Shown here piece after piece: positions 63,047 through 64,000 of a stretch of 64,000 nt of DNA. The position numbers and the translations under genes are program-made. Numbering within the stretch: position 1 is the first letter of the stretch; every line of letters starts with the position of its first letter. The notes beneath the pieces were generated by a model. That model made no database searches. It was not told where the DNA came from and saw only the letters and a list, made by a program, of their open reading frames with translations. This stretch comes from a virus, in IMG/VR virus record IMGVR_UViG_3300025759_000073, positions 1 to 64,000 of that record. One strand, given 5' to 3'.

Positions 63047-64000
63047 TATTCTTCACCTTCCAAAATCTTTCCAAGCTTGATACCCGCTTCTTCTGCTGTA
63101 TCTTTTGGCACAATTTTAAGAGTTGCTTCCACCTTTGCCATCTCAACAATGGAGCAGTAGTCGTATGGCCAGTTATAACCATAGTCATCAATTGCCGTCT
63201 CTCTCAAGTTAACTACATCTAAATAATCTTTTCTTGCTTTTTGTTTAACTTTAAAGATCAGCCAACGAACATCTGATGGAATCTCTTTTCCGTGGAAGAA
63301 TTCATCTTTTCCAGTCATATGCTTGATTGTAACTTCGTCAAACTCTTCATTTCCGGTCAAGGACGCGTCTGGCATAACACCTTGCCACATGTAGGCTAGG
63401 TCTTGCTGATCAAACTCTACATCGAATTCAAAAAGATACATAACAAAAGGATTGATATCCCTATACTTAACAAAGTTATAGTTAGGCGGGATAACATAGT
63501 TTTGCATTCTTCTGTACATTCTTGTCAACGTAGTGTCTTTATTGTCTTTTATCTGCTGCTCCAAGATCTCACGGTCAACAGAGAAGAAGTTTTGTTTTTC
63601 AATAACAGTCAAATCCGCTTCTTCTTGTGAAATATTCTCCCTCTCCAAGAAAGGAATGGCAACAATTGCTTCTTTAATAACAGTTTTTTCTGCGATTGCT
63701 CCAATTCTTTTCTTTTCTGGTTTAAAGCCCAACTGATCCGCCAAAGAGCCGGTATTGTTCGTTGTAAAGTAAGAGCCGGAAAAACTTGGCAAGACCGAAA
63801 GGAAAATGCCTTCTTTTTCATTGGTTGGCAATTCACCCAAGCCACTCCACATCCCGCGAGAATGGAAAACAACCGCCTCCTGTTCGTAAAAGTTCAAGAC
63901 AGGGCATTCGTATTTAGTAGAAATTCTCCAAGATGCCTTGTTTGTATTCAAAGGCTCACCAAGCTCAATTGATACATCTGCTTGTGGTTGAAATACGTTA
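63046..64000 (-). CDS. C-terminal part of a large hypothetical (probably virion) protein, 5'-truncated by the window
   Basis: Frame stays open from 63951 to the window end; ends with W..FKVKQ...YGYNWPYDYCS.VE. Confidence 0.75.
   Translation of the reverse strand, partial: NVFQPQADVSIELGEPLNTNKASWRISTKYECPVLNFYEQEAVVFHSRGMWSGLGELPTNEKEGIFLSVLPSFSGSYFTTNNTGSLADQLGFKPEKKRIGAIAEKTVIKEAIVAIPFLERENISQEEADLTVIEKQNFFSVDREILEQQIKDNKDTTLTRMYRRMQNYVIPPNYNFVKYRDINPFVMYLFEFDVEFDQQDLAYMWQGVMPDASLTGNEEFDEVTIKHMTGKDEFFHGKEIPSDVRWLIFKVKQKARKDYLDVVNLRETAIDDYGYNWPYDYCSIVEMAKVEATLKIVPKDTAEEAGIKLGKILEGEE

Noticed and set aside
1-64000. Plus-strand ORFs in the track (e.g. 3204-4058, 22471-23142, 54007-54711)
   Set aside because: They are antisense shadows of well-supported minus-strand genes, with no recognisable motifs
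1-64000. Stop-codon reassignment, as in some large phages
   Set aside because: Core genes are intact and densely packed under the standard code; TAA, TGA and TAG all end genes
1-64000. CRISPR array, IS element, intron or intein
   Set aside because: No spaced repeats or transposase seen; terminase, portal, MCP and RecA have uninterrupted, normal-length cores

Overview
This is a 64-kb segment of a large, AT-rich myovirus genome, distantly T4-like and probably a jumbo phage. Essentially all real genes lie on the minus strand in the standard genetic code, tightly packed, often with ATGA/GTGA overlaps and AGGAG-type Shine-Dalgarno sites. In transcription order (high to low coordinates) it holds: putative baseplate/tail-appendage genes; a RuvC-like resolvase, primase and a fused Mre11-Rad50 (gp47-gp46); a cluster of putative head-internal cargo proteins; a candidate lysis cassette; terminase, portal, prohead protease, ribosomal protein bS21, head decoration/fibre genes, scaffold and major capsid; neck, sheath, tube, tail chaperones, tape measure and baseplate hub; then a replication/recombination operon (compact PolA, PyrF, divergent tubulin-like protein, gp32-like SSB, RecA/UvsX), three tRNAs and small accessory genes. 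Two promoter classes are visible: sigma70-consensus promoters before replication genes and a CTATTTAT motif before virion genes. The most interesting inferred system is a set of proteins with shared N-terminal leaders and hydrophobic-x-Glu junctions. They look like capsid-packaged, prohead-protease-processed polyproteins carrying swappable modules (ART-like, glycosylase-like, zincin, DUF6624-like), and one module is bracketed by a 24-bp direct repeat that encodes the junction itself. All family assignments come from motif recognition by eye; no searches were run.
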